Below are positions 18,290 to 27,932 of a DNA stretch of 64,000 bases, in pieces. Source of the stretch: an uncultured virus (IMG/VR IMGVR_UViG_3300028559_000027) (lineage: Duplodnaviria; Heunggongvirae; Uroviricota; Caudoviricetes); IMG/VR virus record IMGVR_UViG_3300028559_000027. One strand, 5' to 3'. Every line of letters begins with the position of its first letter. The stretch's first letter is position 1. The position numbers and the translations under genes were made by a program. Under the pieces are notes generated by a model, which worked only from the letters and a program-made list of their open reading frames with translations, was not told the DNA's origin and ran no database searches.

Positions 18290-19831
18290 TTAAATCTTAC
18301 CTTGTTGTTTTGCTACAGCTAACAATCTTGCATCTGAAGGGTCAACTGTTTTTTTATTGTTCTTTTGTTTGCCGACAGAAATAGTAGGTTGTGAAGTTTT
18401 GCCTACCTCATTTTGTAAGCTTTTCAATATAGATTGTTTTTGTCTAGTAGATAAACCTTGCATCAACTTAGTGATTTGTGCAACAGTCATTTTAGCTTGT
18501 TGTGTTGAAGCTTGTGTAGATTGAGTAGTAGTATTTTGTGGTGTGGTTGTGGATGTTGATGGTGTTGGTAGTGCAGGCTTTGTAGTTTGTTCCGCTTCAG
18601 GATCTTTTAACTGCTGTGCATGACTCACAGAATATGCCAAGTTAGCTAACTTGGGTAAAGTTGTTCTACCTTTATCTTTTGCATAGGTTTGTTCTAACTC
18701 TTTAGCCAATGATGCTACATTAGTCGTTACAGTAGGATCACTGATATCCACATTCTTCATAAACTGTTTGAAGAAGTTAGTAATATATTGGCTGATAGTT
18801 TGTTTTGTTCCGCTTTGTGCAGGATCTTGTTCAGCTAAAATAGTTTCAAAGATATAGTTTAGCTTATCAAAACGACTACCTTCAGCAACCTTACCTAAGT
18901 TCTGTGCTATCTGCCCAAATGCATTTTTACCTGCATTTCTAGGTTTTACATTACGCTTAGGCATCGTAATAGTATTGTCCTTATATTTTTTAACAGATTT
19001 TTTGGCAGTTGATTGCTTTCTCTGTCTTACATTAGTCGCACTTTTGTTAAACTGGTCTGTGGGTAATGTACTTACTGGTAACATTTCACCTTGTGCATTT
19101 TGAGTAGCAACATTTTGCTGTTGTTGTCTTACATTGGCAGCACTCTTGGCAAACTGATCTGCCGGTAACTTGTTCATAGGATTCATCTGACCTTGTGCGG
19201 CTTGAGTTGCGGCAGCAAGTTTTTCTTGTCTAATCTGTTCAGGTGTCTTTGGTGTATCTACTGCTACAGCCGGTGCCTTTGTTGTCATCTGACCTTGTGC
19301 GGCTTGAGTTGCGGCAGCAAGTTTTTCTTGTCTAATCTGTTCAGGTGTCTTTGGTGTGGTAGCAGGTAATTTGCTATACGGTGACATTTGTTTGTTAGGA
19401 TCAATATTATACTTAGGACCTTCAGAAGCTCCTGGTTCTCTGATAGCATCTGCTTGTGCTTTTTGTGCGGCTATACGTTTTTGTGCGATAGCATCAGCCG
19501 CACTAGGTAGTTCGTCTTGTTGTGTAGTTTGAGTTGTCTGTGGAGTAGTTTGAGTTGTTTGCGGAGTAGTTTGTCCAGTAGTCTGAGCACCTTGACCTGC
19601 GGCATTAGGATCAACTAACCCGCCATTAATCGCACTTTGTAATCCGCTAAGGGCACGACTTGTGAATTTTGTAATATAATCATCTTTAGCCATTTGGTCA
19701 GTGGTGCTTAATACATTTTTACCGGCCAATGATCCTAGTCCTGTCCTTAATGCGGCAGAACCATAATCACCAAATAAACTTCTACTATCTATTTCATTTA
19801 CTACAGGTTTCTTAAATTCATTCAGCTTCAC
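18290..19831 (-). CDS. Low-complexity Q/T/A/P-rich protein with internal repeats
   Basis: N-terminal MKLNEF; PKTPEQIRQEKLAAATQAAQGQM occurs twice. Confidence 0.7.
   Translation of the reverse strand: MKLNEFKKPVVNEIDSRSLFGDYGSAALRTGLGSLAGKNVLSTTDQMAKDDYITKFTSRALSGLQSAINGGLVDPNAAGQGAQTTGQTTPQTTQTTPQTTQTTQQDELPSAADAIAQKRIAAQKAQADAIREPGASEGPKYNIDPNKQMSPYSKLPATTPKTPEQIRQEKLAAATQAAQGQMTTKAPAVAVDTPKTPEQIRQEKLAAATQAAQGQMNPMNKLPADQFAKSAANVRQQQQNVATQNAQGEMLPVSTLPTDQFNKSATNVRQRKQSTAKKSVKKYKDNTITMPKRNVKPRNAGKNAFGQIAQNLGKVAEGSRFDKLNYIFETILAEQDPAQSGTKQTISQYITNFFKQFMKNVDISDPTVTTNVASLAKELEQTYAKDKGRTTLPKLANLAYSVSHAQQLKDPEAEQTTKPALPTPSTSTTTPQNTTTQSTQASTQQAKMTVAQITKLMQGLSTRQKQSILKSLQNEVGKTSQPTISVGKQKNNKKTVDPSDARLLAVAKQQGKI
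19183..19357. repeat. Exact 73-bp direct repeat, 102-bp period
   Basis: 19183-19255 matches 19285-19357. Confidence 0.9.
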
Positions 19832-20066
19832 GGTTTTTCCTTAATGATTTGGAAAACTTTGCTTGATCCTTGCTCTTTATAGCACCTAACAGTTTACGCT
19901 CTAAAATAGCGGCTTGCTCTGGACTATAATTACGATTAATCATCTCTATTAGATTGATAGCACTGGTAATAATATTGTGGCCACGACTCTCAATAATGTG
20001 TGTCGTGTCCCTATTGTTACCAATTGCTTCTAGTTCTTCTAAGAGACTGCGAGTTTGTTTTTGCAT
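19818..20066 (-). CDS. Hypothetical protein
   Basis: AGGA SD and late motif upstream. Confidence 0.65.
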   Translation of the reverse strand: MQKQTRSLLEELEAIGNNRDTTHIIESRGHNIITSAINLIEMINRNYSPEQAAILERKLLGAIKSKDQAKFSKSLRKNREAE

Positions 20067-20101
20067 ATTAGTTTCCTAATAGTATTTATCTACTTTTAGG
20101 T

Positions 20102-21544
20102 TTATTTCTTTAAACTGTTTAACATTGCCTTGAGCTTAGAACCCTGAACATCTGCTATAATACGCTTATTTTCTGGCTCTAGTATCTCTCCCGTAGCCTG
20201 GTCTATGATAGGTTCAGTTGACTGTAACGTACTTTGCGGTTTAAGTTGACTCATAATATCATTAGCACTGGGCTTAGGAGTATAACTAGTCTGATTATCA
20301 GGGTCACTGTCACTAATACGCATAGTTTCAATATCATAGTCTAAGTCAATCTTTTGTCCTACACCAGTACTACTACGACTTTTCATACATTGAATTTGAT
20401 ACTTACCACGCTCACGCATACTGCGACTTGTAAAGATACCAAACACATTATCCGCTGTGTTAATCTTACTGATACCACCAGCAATGTGACTGTGGTCAAA
20501 CTCAATCTCATCAACAGCACTACGATTCAACTGCGATGCAGTCACCATCAGTATACCTAGCTCTTTTGCAAGATTACGTAGTTCTTCGGCAACATACTTG
20601 TCTTTGATAAACTGGTCGTTAGGATTAACTTTAACAGAGACGGGCATAACCAAGTCTAAGTAGTCAACCATCACAAAGTTAATCTTAATACCTGTTTGAA
20701 TTTGCACTTCTTTTAAGTAAGCACGAATATCATTCACATTACTTTGTGCAGGCAATCCTTTAACACGATACTGTCCTGACTTCTTACCAACCATCTTAAC
20801 TTTAAGACTAGTGGTATCAATATCTTTACGAATTGCTTTTGTACCCATCATAGTCAACATAGCATCTGTTCTTAATGATGTTAGTTCTTCACTAAGTTCT
20901 AATGTAATGTACACCCCGCTCATCCCTTGTTGCAACCAGTTCAATGCAATATTCATCATAACAAGACTCTTACCTGAACCTGAACCACCTGCAAAGATAT
21001 TAAGTTCACCCCTACTGAATCCACCGTATAAGATACGATCCATTTGTGGCCAGCCTGTACTTACTTGCCCACCATTGTTAAAGTATTTGTTGATACGTGC
21101 CGCCGGGTCATAGAAGTAATCAGTTCCCATATCTTTTTGTAAACTGATTTGAACTGCGTCTTTGATTAGTTTTTCAACTGGACCAAAGTCATCCTTCTCA
21201 AGTAAATCGGCAGCTTTAAGAATAGCTCGTTCCAACTCTTGTCGTTTAGTAAATGCTTCAAACTCATCTAAGAACCAATTAAATTGATTGGGACTAAAGT
21301 TAGGGATGATATCAATATCTTGTCCAGTAATAGCTTTAATCTGTGTCGGATCGGGTAAGATACTATATTTTGTAGTATGTTCTTTGTATAGATTTACGAT
21401 AGGTCTTAATGACCTATCAAAGTTTTCGCTGTTTAATATGTTCATAACTCTAGTGTAGAGTTCTGCCTCAGTAATCATTACACGCAAAAATATCTTTTGC
21501 ATCTCAATACCGTAATCTTTTTTATTTTCGTAATCTTTTTTCAA
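20102..21544 (-). CDS. Replicative DnaB-family helicase, T4 gp41-like
   Basis: Walker A GGSGSGKS, TLELSE, VDYLDL, TASQLNR. Confidence 0.92.
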   Translation of the reverse strand: MKKDYENKKDYGIEMQKIFLRVMITEAELYTRVMNILNSENFDRSLRPIVNLYKEHTTKYSILPDPTQIKAITGQDIDIIPNFSPNQFNWFLDEFEAFTKRQELERAILKAADLLEKDDFGPVEKLIKDAVQISLQKDMGTDYFYDPAARINKYFNNGGQVSTGWPQMDRILYGGFSRGELNIFAGGSGSGKSLVMMNIALNWLQQGMSGVYITLELSEELTSLRTDAMLTMMGTKAIRKDIDTTSLKVKMVGKKSGQYRVKGLPAQSNVNDIRAYLKEVQIQTGIKINFVMVDYLDLVMPVSVKVNPNDQFIKDKYVAEELRNLAKELGILMVTASQLNRSAVDEIEFDHSHIAGGISKINTADNVFGIFTSRSMRERGKYQIQCMKSRSSTGVGQKIDLDYDIETMRISDSDPDNQTSYTPKPSANDIMSQLKPQSTLQSTEPIIDQATGEILEPENKRIIADVQGSKLKAMLNSLKK

Positions 21545-22502
21545 TTTTCTTCCTCTGTAGTTCTATTTTGATTTTACTAGTTGTCGCACTACTCAATATA
21601 CTGAGTAATGTAGGCAACTTACCATACTTAACTACCGCGTCATTTACATCTTTAACACTGTCATCCCAGTTGGGAATACTTACACTATAACCTAGCTCTA
21701 ATGCTCTATCACACGTTTCTAAACCTGTCGCATCTCTATCGGGAATAAAGATAATACGTTTATTAAGTTGTGCTAGAATCTGTGCTTGGTCGTCATTGAT
21801 TGTATTATGTGTTAACGCACAAGCATTTAAGCTTAATGCGTCAAAGATACCTTCAACTAACAAACATACTTCCCAATCGGGTTTCTGAAAGTCATAACCA
21901 AATACATAGCCTGGTTGTTGCTCGTTAATATACTTTGGGATTTTGTTATCTAAGAATCTGCTCGTATGACCTACAATTTTATTCTTGTAAGTATAAGGGA
22001 TAATAATTCTGTTTGACTGTCTGCCAGTATCATTAGGTGTAACTAAGAACGGGTAGTCATTATAATTTATCGACCTCGCAGATAGATAATCAATGTATAC
22101 TTTGTGTAATGTGTTTTTAATATCAATTAATTCGCCTACAGGCAACGTATGTTCTTTAAATTTTATTTTTGATTTTTGTTTTTTAAGATTAGTAAAGTCT
22201 AGTAAATCTTTATGCTGTAAACTTTCTAAACTCCATTTACTAATTTGTTCAGGTTGAATACCTGACCACAATAATATATTTTTAGTATTTTGAGTAATAC
22301 TTTTACCCAACATAAATCCACACTTAAACCCACAGTTAAAGCAATGATATGACCAATTGAATTGCCCATCAAATTTAATACCACCACGCCCACGTGTATC
22401 AGTTTTATGCCCACGACGGCTACAACAGATAGCATTAAAACTATGCCATCCACCATGCGTGAGTTTTTTCTTTCCGGGAATTACTGATAGGATATCAAAC
22501 AT
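21522..22502 (-). CDS. DNA primase, T4 gp61-like
   Basis: Zn finger (CC...HCFNC); TOPRIM VEGIFDA, PDRD, KDVND. Confidence 0.9.
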   Translation of the reverse strand: MFDILSVIPGKKKLTHGGWHSFNAICCSRRGHKTDTRGRGGIKFDGQFNWSYHCFNCGFKCGFMLGKSITQNTKNILLWSGIQPEQISKWSLESLQHKDLLDFTNLKKQKSKIKFKEHTLPVGELIDIKNTLHKVYIDYLSARSINYNDYPFLVTPNDTGRQSNRIIIPYTYKNKIVGHTSRFLDNKIPKYINEQQPGYVFGYDFQKPDWEVCLLVEGIFDALSLNACALTHNTINDDQAQILAQLNKRIIFIPDRDATGLETCDRALELGYSVSIPNWDDSVKDVNDAVVKYGKLPTLLSILSSATTSKIKIELQRKKIEKRLRK

Positions 22503-22550
22503 CTATGTAGTATAACACAACTGTCATAGATAAACAATACTTTAGGTTGA

Positions 22551-23318
22551 TTATCTTGACAAAATATTGGTTACTGCACCGTTATTGCTTTCAAATTGCA
22601 TTCTAACATATGGATGATAACCCTGAACAACATAACCTTTTGTATCGGTTGCAGCCGTATAAGTATCGGTTAATATAGGATACCAATCACCATCTACAAT
22701 CGTAGAACCTTCAACAACAACGTTGCCATAAAAATCACTATATTGTGCTTGTAGTGTTAATATTGGACTGTCGTTGGTATCAATTACGCTAGTGTAATAT
22801 GTGATGTTGCTTTCACCGTTACCATCAGGGTGTAAGTTAGGGAAGTCTTGTCCAGTCGGAATACTTACTGGCATTGAAGGAACAAAGCTTGGTAATACAC
22901 TATTAACGATATTCATATCACCACGTGCTCCTGCATTTTGGTCTACAAACACAGGGTAATCAAATTCTCCTACAGGAATCTCCAATGAATAATAACATTT
23001 CTGTGCATCAAGACTTGCTAAATCAGCAGAATTTAAAAGCAATGCGGCAATACCAGTTGCAGGTAATTGTAGAGTTAATGCTTTTTGTAATAGGACCACA
23101 TTACCTTCATAATTAATAATCCTACAAACTATTGATTTACCTGTAATATCTACGGGTTTTTGTTCTTGGTTTAAGAACTGAAATTGAATTTGATTGTCTA
23201 CACCCTTATTAAGTGTAAGTGGCTTGGCATACTGAGGCATATAGCTCCTTGGGGAAAATCCTGATAAAAGTATAACGATTTGTCTTTGTGTATAGACGAA
23301 AACTTGAGTTGAGTACAT
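22551..23318 (-). CDS. Probable virion/baseplate protein
   Basis: Beta-rich; likely start MYSTQ at 23318, 5 nt after GATAAATA. Confidence 0.5.
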   Translation of the reverse strand: MYSTQVFVYTQRQIVILLSGFSPRSYMPQYAKPLTLNKGVDNQIQFQFLNQEQKPVDITGKSIVCRIINYEGNVVLLQKALTLQLPATGIAALLLNSADLASLDAQKCYYSLEIPVGEFDYPVFVDQNAGARGDMNIVNSVLPSFVPSMPVSIPTGQDFPNLHPDGNGESNITYYTSVIDTNDSPILTLQAQYSDFYGNVVVEGSTIVDGDWYPILTDTYTAATDTKGYVVQGYHPYVRMQFESNNGAVTNILSR

Positions 23319-23339
23319 AATGATATTTATCAAAATATA

Positions 23340-23765
23340 TTGCCAAGCTACCCGATGATAAATATTTCGGTCAATATAACAACAATGATATCAAACGAAT
23401 TTTTTAATAAACTAACAACAAATCATCCGTTCATAACTATATGTTCATATGCCAACCAAGACTACGTTGGAATAGTTCAGAACCGTGATGATATAGTCAC
23501 CACTATTTACGATTATGGGTCTATAATAGAGTCTACTGTTAGAGAAAAATTCTTAGAACTAGGTGATATTTGGTGGTGGGAAAGTAATAGACTTATCCCA
23601 ATCAACCTCTTTTTAAAAGAAGAATGGATTATATTTAAACCATATCTCAGAACTTTTAATAACAAAAGTTTAACAGTAATACACGGCCCCTTGTGTAGTA
23701 TGTCTGAATTGAGTAAGCGCAGAAGCAAACGCCGTAGTATTACACTAGTAAAAAGAATAGTTTAA
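23340..23765 (+). CDS. Hypothetical protein
   Basis: Divergent ORF; GATAAATA at 23357-23364 suggests a start at 23385. Confidence 0.6.
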   Translation: MPSYPMINISVNITTMISNEFFNKLTTNHPFITICSYANQDYVGIVQNRDDIVTTIYDYGSIIESTVREKFLELGDIWWWESNRLIPINLFLKEEWIIFKPYLRTFNNKSLTVIHGPLCSMSELSKRRSKRRSITLVKRIV

Positions 23766-24334
23766 GTCTGTTCTTCTAGTAAATTCATATGGACCACTAC
23801 TAAATGTGCATATGCGATTGCATGACTCTTTTTAAAACTGTACCCATCAGTATTTGTATCCCAAATAGTCTTTGATATTTCAGACCATTGTTGCCCTATT
23901 AAATGTCGTTTAGCTGGTCTAATTAGTGCCAAAAACATTGCTAGTCTGGGAATGCTATTTACTGAACTTGGCATCTTCTGCAATGATTGATAATGATTCC
24001 CCAAGTGAATCAATTTCTCTACAAATTCTCTTTTATTTAAGTTATCCCAATTAGGCTCACGCATCAATGTTGCTAAATGTAGCTCATCACGAACATGAGA
24101 ATAAACGTGAACATTCAATAAATCTAGTTTGAAATACCCTCGTTGTTCTGCTTGAACATAGTCAATAGCTGCCATATCATTGACTGGATCATATGGTATG
24201 TCAGTAACATATACACCAGTAGCATGTTTACGCATAGGTTTAGCATTACGCATTGCCGCCGGGGTATGACGTATTAACTTTAACAAATCATCTCTTGACC
24301 CAAAGTCAATGTCAATGTCTGAATCAATTCTCAT
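23762..24334 (-). CDS. Miniature DnaE (Pol III alpha)-like protein
   Basis: Ordered C-family motifs DIDIDF, KHATGVYV, GYFKLDLL, LALIRP and YSFKKSHAIAY in 190 aa. Confidence 0.85.
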   Translation of the reverse strand: MRIDSDIDIDFGSRDDLLKLIRHTPAAMRNAKPMRKHATGVYVTDIPYDPVNDMAAIDYVQAEQRGYFKLDLLNVHVYSHVRDELHLATLMREPNWDNLNKREFVEKLIHLGNHYQSLQKMPSSVNSIPRLAMFLALIRPAKRHLIGQQWSEISKTIWDTNTDGYSFKKSHAIAYAHLVVVHMNLLEEQT

Positions 24335-24885
24335 CTTGGGAGAGGTACCAGTTCTGCTTTAATTAATTTAGTATACGCTTTTTGCACAACAATAGCTTGT
24401 CTTTCGGCATCTTCAACTGCCTTGTGACTGGTTACGTGACCGCCGTCTTTAAGACTTACTCCGGTTATCTCATACAAGGTACGTGTATCTCTGACGGTGT
24501 AGAAAGGCCAGGGGATTCGCATTTCGAGATTTCTCCAGGCCGACTCTGCCACAACCACATCGAATGATGCACCATTGCTCCAAACAGCACGGCGATTCCA
24601 ACAAAACTTATAAAGTATTTCCATACACTCTCTAAATGGAATTCTGCCATTTTCTCCCATAGCCTCTTCAAGTGCTTCAGGACTTTGCTCACTCCACCAA
24701 CGTAATGTATCTTCATTGATACTCCTATTGTATATTTCTGTCTGTTCTTCAATTGTAGGTCGCAACTCTAATCTTTCAACAACCCCACTACCTTTAGGAT
24801 CGAATCTTACTGCACCAATGGTTAATATAACACAATTAGGACTTGTGTCAAGTGTTTCCATATCAATCATTATATCCTGTGCCAT
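24331..24885 (-). CDS. DEDDh 3'-5' exonuclease (Rv2179c/ExoVIII-like)
   Basis: IDMETL, WSNGASFD, RDTRT, H.A.EDA. Confidence 0.88.
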   Translation of the reverse strand: MAQDIMIDMETLDTSPNCVILTIGAVRFDPKGSGVVERLELRPTIEEQTEIYNRSINEDTLRWWSEQSPEALEEAMGENGRIPFRECMEILYKFCWNRRAVWSNGASFDVVVAESAWRNLEMRIPWPFYTVRDTRTLYEITGVSLKDGGHVTSHKAVEDAERQAIVVQKAYTKLIKAELVPLPR

Positions 24886-24886
24886 A

Positions 24887-25237
24887 TTATGCCTGTAATG
24901 TTTTCCAAATATATTTCTTCTCTAAGTAATCTTGTAGCTTCAATGCTTCTGTCTCGCTATTGAATGCTACACCTTTAATCTCATACATATCTTCTAAGTA
25001 GGTAGCATAGTCACCGTTAACATCTTGTGCCCAAGTGTTCCATGTAATCCACATAATATCTAATTCGTCTTTTACAATTGATATGCTAATACCTACTTCT
25101 TCACTGCCTATATAGTCAAACAACACATCCAATAGTTTTTTCTTTGTGTGAAAGTGTTTAATGTTCTGCCATTTAGGCCATGATAACATAAATTTATTAT
25201 CTTGTAAAGCTGTTATGGGAAAGGGTGTATTGTTCAT
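24887..25237 (-). CDS. Hypothetical protein
   Basis: Overlapping operon ORF. Confidence 0.55.
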   Translation of the reverse strand: MNNTPFPITALQDNKFMLSWPKWQNIKHFHTKKKLLDVLFDYIGSEEVGISISIVKDELDIMWITWNTWAQDVNGDYATYLEDMYEIKGVAFNSETEALKLQDYLEKKYIWKTLQA

Positions 25238-25509
25238 TGGAATTTTAATAAAAATATTAGGTACTTCTTTTCGTCAACAATCTCATAACCATCTGTTATG
25301 TTGCCATTGACTATATTCATCTTTACACCATACTTTCCTATAAGATAATCTTCAAAATCATATGCGTCAAACTCACGGTTTTGTTCCATATATTCTTTAC
25401 GCACTTTCTTCAATGCTTCCCAATAGTTCCAACGATTTCTACGTTGGTTTATATTTGGATCATCGTCATCGTAGTCCTGTATGTGAGGTATTGATACCAT
25501 CAACTCCAC
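25234..25509 (-). CDS. Small protein, FxLxW-like family
   Basis: C-terminus IVDEKKYLIFLLKFQ. Confidence 0.6.
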   Translation of the reverse strand: MELMVSIPHIQDYDDDDPNINQRRNRWNYWEALKKVRKEYMEQNREFDAYDFEDYLIGKYGVKMNIVNGNITDGYEIVDEKKYLIFLLKFQ

Positions 25510-25742
25510 CTCAATGTGAATAAAATGTAATCTCTCTCATATCTAAACTTGAAGCTAATAGTGTCATCATCAGTTACACCCCATCTACAATGCCTTTCAT
25601 ATTTGCCTATATTAGTTTCTAACCATTTAATTATTTCATTAATTTTGTCAAAACGTTTGGCACGAACTGTGCATTCATACCAACCGGGTTTGGTGTTTTC
25701 CCATCCGACAGCATAGTCATAATGTTCAATTATCATCCCCAC
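25500..25742 (-). CDS. Small protein, FxLxW family
   Basis: C-terminus FRYERDYILFTLRWS. Confidence 0.65.
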   Translation of the reverse strand: MGMIIEHYDYAVGWENTKPGWYECTVRAKRFDKINEIIKWLETNIGKYERHCRWGVTDDDTISFKFRYERDYILFTLRWS

Positions 25743-25957
25743 CTCAACATAAAATAACTTGCATTAACATCATTGTAAAAAGTAAACACAGTATGCTTCT
25801 CTAGTTCTGGTTCCCAATTAGATCCACTAAAGCTGTCATAGATTGGTTTATGATAAGCAAAATCAAAATCTTTACCCATGAACCAACCGTGACGTTTTAA
25901 CTCATTAACTATTTCTAAGGTTCTACTAACATCAATGTACAATGTTACTTGACGCAC
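25733..25957 (-). CDS. Small protein, FxLxW family
   Basis: C-terminus FYNDVNASYFMLRWG. Confidence 0.65.
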   Translation of the reverse strand: MRQVTLYIDVSRTLEIVNELKRHGWFMGKDFDFAYHKPIYDSFSGSNWEPELEKHTVFTFYNDVNASYFMLRWG

Positions 25958-25958
25958 T

Positions 25959-26153
25959 TTAACCCCATCTTAATTCAAAATGAACAGCGTCACGCTCATC
26001 TTTAAAATAGAAATCCATATAATCTACGGTAGGATCTGTACTAAATTTATCTCCCGGTAATCCGTACTGTTCTATAGCCCAAGCACAGGTTTCATTCCAA
26101 TCTATAATATCTCCCTTTTTCCAAGGTATACGGACTCTAGTACCCGCCTGCAT
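25959..26153 (-). CDS. Small protein, FxLxW family
   Basis: C-terminus FKDERDAVHFELRWG. Confidence 0.65.
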   Translation of the reverse strand: MQAGTRVRIPWKKGDIIDWNETCAWAIEQYGLPGDKFSTDPTVDYMDFYFKDERDAVHFELRWG

Positions 26154-26859
26154 TCAATAACTCCTTAACTTGTTTCACATTCTCAGGCTCACGATTGAAT
26201 TTAATCTTCCATAGTTCTGGATTAATATAGTCAATAACCATCTTAACCTGTGATTCATTTAAACCATCTAAGAACTTCACGCCACTATTACTCTGATATA
26301 GCATCCAAGGACTAAGTTTACCATTGGTAATACTATGGCATATCTTGTTAGGGTTACCGTAACACAAATAGTCTTTAGGTACAATACCCTCTTTCTCTGC
26401 TAAATCCATAGTAGTTTGGACACTACGTGCAATAGCATCTAATGGATCTTCAATACGCAAATACTCAATCAGATACTTTGTATAGACGCTATCACTTGCC
26501 CACGTATCAATTTTGATGTTATTTTTTAACAACCAATCTACGTATCTGCTAATATTGATGGCATTGATATTTGCACAATGAGTCCCAAACTTTACAAAGG
26601 CAGTATAATAAGCACTACGAATGAACTCCTCATAAGTTTTATTCTTTTTAGTACTAGTATTCTTTTTATAAAACTGTAGCCAAGATTGAAAGCCAATACG
26701 ATTGCCTTGCATATCTTTATTCATCCAACGTTGTTTGTTTTCGCATAGGTGTTTAGCCATAGTAGACTCACGTAGGAACTCTCTATTGCAAAAATCACAA
26801 CCATATTTGATTGTCTTATCAGTTGCCTCTGTCTTTTTCGTATTGAGTGATATCTTCAT
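26137..26859 (-). CDS. Zinc-finger protein
   Basis: CDFCNREFLRESTMAKHLC, a C2H2/C2HC-like finger. Confidence 0.6.
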   Translation of the reverse strand: MKISLNTKKTEATDKTIKYGCDFCNREFLRESTMAKHLCENKQRWMNKDMQGNRIGFQSWLQFYKKNTSTKKNKTYEEFIRSAYYTAFVKFGTHCANINAINISRYVDWLLKNNIKIDTWASDSVYTKYLIEYLRIEDPLDAIARSVQTTMDLAEKEGIVPKDYLCYGNPNKICHSITNGKLSPWMLYQSNSGVKFLDGLNESQVKMVIDYINPELWKIKFNREPENVKQVKELLNAGGY

Positions 26860-27412
26860 CTGTAACCGTTTGGCTTAGTACTTCTATGTCTGCTATTTTT
26901 AAATGGGGGTATATTTCTGCAAGATGCATTTTCTTTCTCTGCTCTTGCACAAATGCCTTTGAATATTCTGTTATATCCTCACTATTTGCTTTAGGATAAA
27001 TCTTTGTAAAGTACTCTTTGATTTCTTTTACTTGTGCAGGTTCTTTTAACAAACTAACACGTTCTTTAATCTGAGGTAACCATTGATGATATTGTTTACC
27101 TTTACCGGGGCTTGCCGCACACATCATATACCATTGTAGTTTAGGATGCTTTGATACATTTTCATTAAAGAAGTATTTGTTAGCGTGATATTCTGTACTC
27201 ATTGCATAGTATCCTGCAATATCACTAGAACCCTTTACATAACTTAACCACTTGATTAACATAAACGGAACAAACTTACGTTGTTGCTCGGGCGTAAGTC
27301 TATCATAATAACCATAGTCCTTCTTGTCTAGTGCCGCAATAGCTTCAAACAAGTTAAAGTCTTGATTCTCTAATTTCTCATCTTGAGGTATTGCTATTTT
27401 CTTTGTTGCCAT
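26819..27412 (-). CDS. Possible clamp-loader small subunit (gp62-like)
   Basis: F.PFML.KWLS and ...QWL pattern reminiscent of gp62; replication context. Confidence 0.4.
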   Translation of the reverse strand: MATKKIAIPQDEKLENQDFNLFEAIAALDKKDYGYYDRLTPEQQRKFVPFMLIKWLSYVKGSSDIAGYYAMSTEYHANKYFFNENVSKHPKLQWYMMCAASPGKGKQYHQWLPQIKERVSLLKEPAQVKEIKEYFTKIYPKANSEDITEYSKAFVQEQRKKMHLAEIYPHLKIADIEVLSQTVTDEDITQYEKDRGN

Positions 27413-27912
27413 TAGAATGCCTGACTATAATCTACAATCTCACAGTTACGACTAATCTCTTTTACAAAATACACACATCTAGGTTTAGGTCCATCATCTA
27501 ACGGTACGCATAAGAATTGTCCGTTCTTTAATCGTGGTGCATACCAAGTTACATCGTGATAGATGTCTATAATCTCAATAGATACAAAACTCGGACTGAA
27601 TGAACTAAGTGGATTAAACTCAAACGCATTGAAGCCTCTGTCATTGATACTTGTAAGAGGCAATGTTTCTAAGTCTCCATGTTCTTGTTCACCAATTAGT
27701 ATTTGCCAATCAATTGGCATCTTAATTGTACTGTTGCCAATCTTCAATACAAGAGCAGGGCTGTTAAAACTCTCTAAAAAGATTAGTGGTATATAATGAT
27801 AATCTACATTACTTGGGTTACTGTTATCTAGTATAGCAAACCGCAGGTCATCAATCTCTTCGGGAAGTGTTTCTAAGTTATAGAATTCGTTGTCTAAGGT
27901 TAATATTCGCAT
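27412..27912 (-). CDS. Hypothetical protein
   Basis: TTGACA-17-TACAAT (27947-27919) ends 6 nt before the ATG. Confidence 0.65.
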   Translation of the reverse strand: MRILTLDNEFYNLETLPEEIDDLRFAILDNSNPSNVDYHYIPLIFLESFNSPALVLKIGNSTIKMPIDWQILIGEQEHGDLETLPLTSINDRGFNAFEFNPLSSFSPSFVSIEIIDIYHDVTWYAPRLKNGQFLCVPLDDGPKPRCVYFVKEISRNCEIVDYSQAF

Positions 27913-27932
27913 GTTATTATTGTAACACTTTC

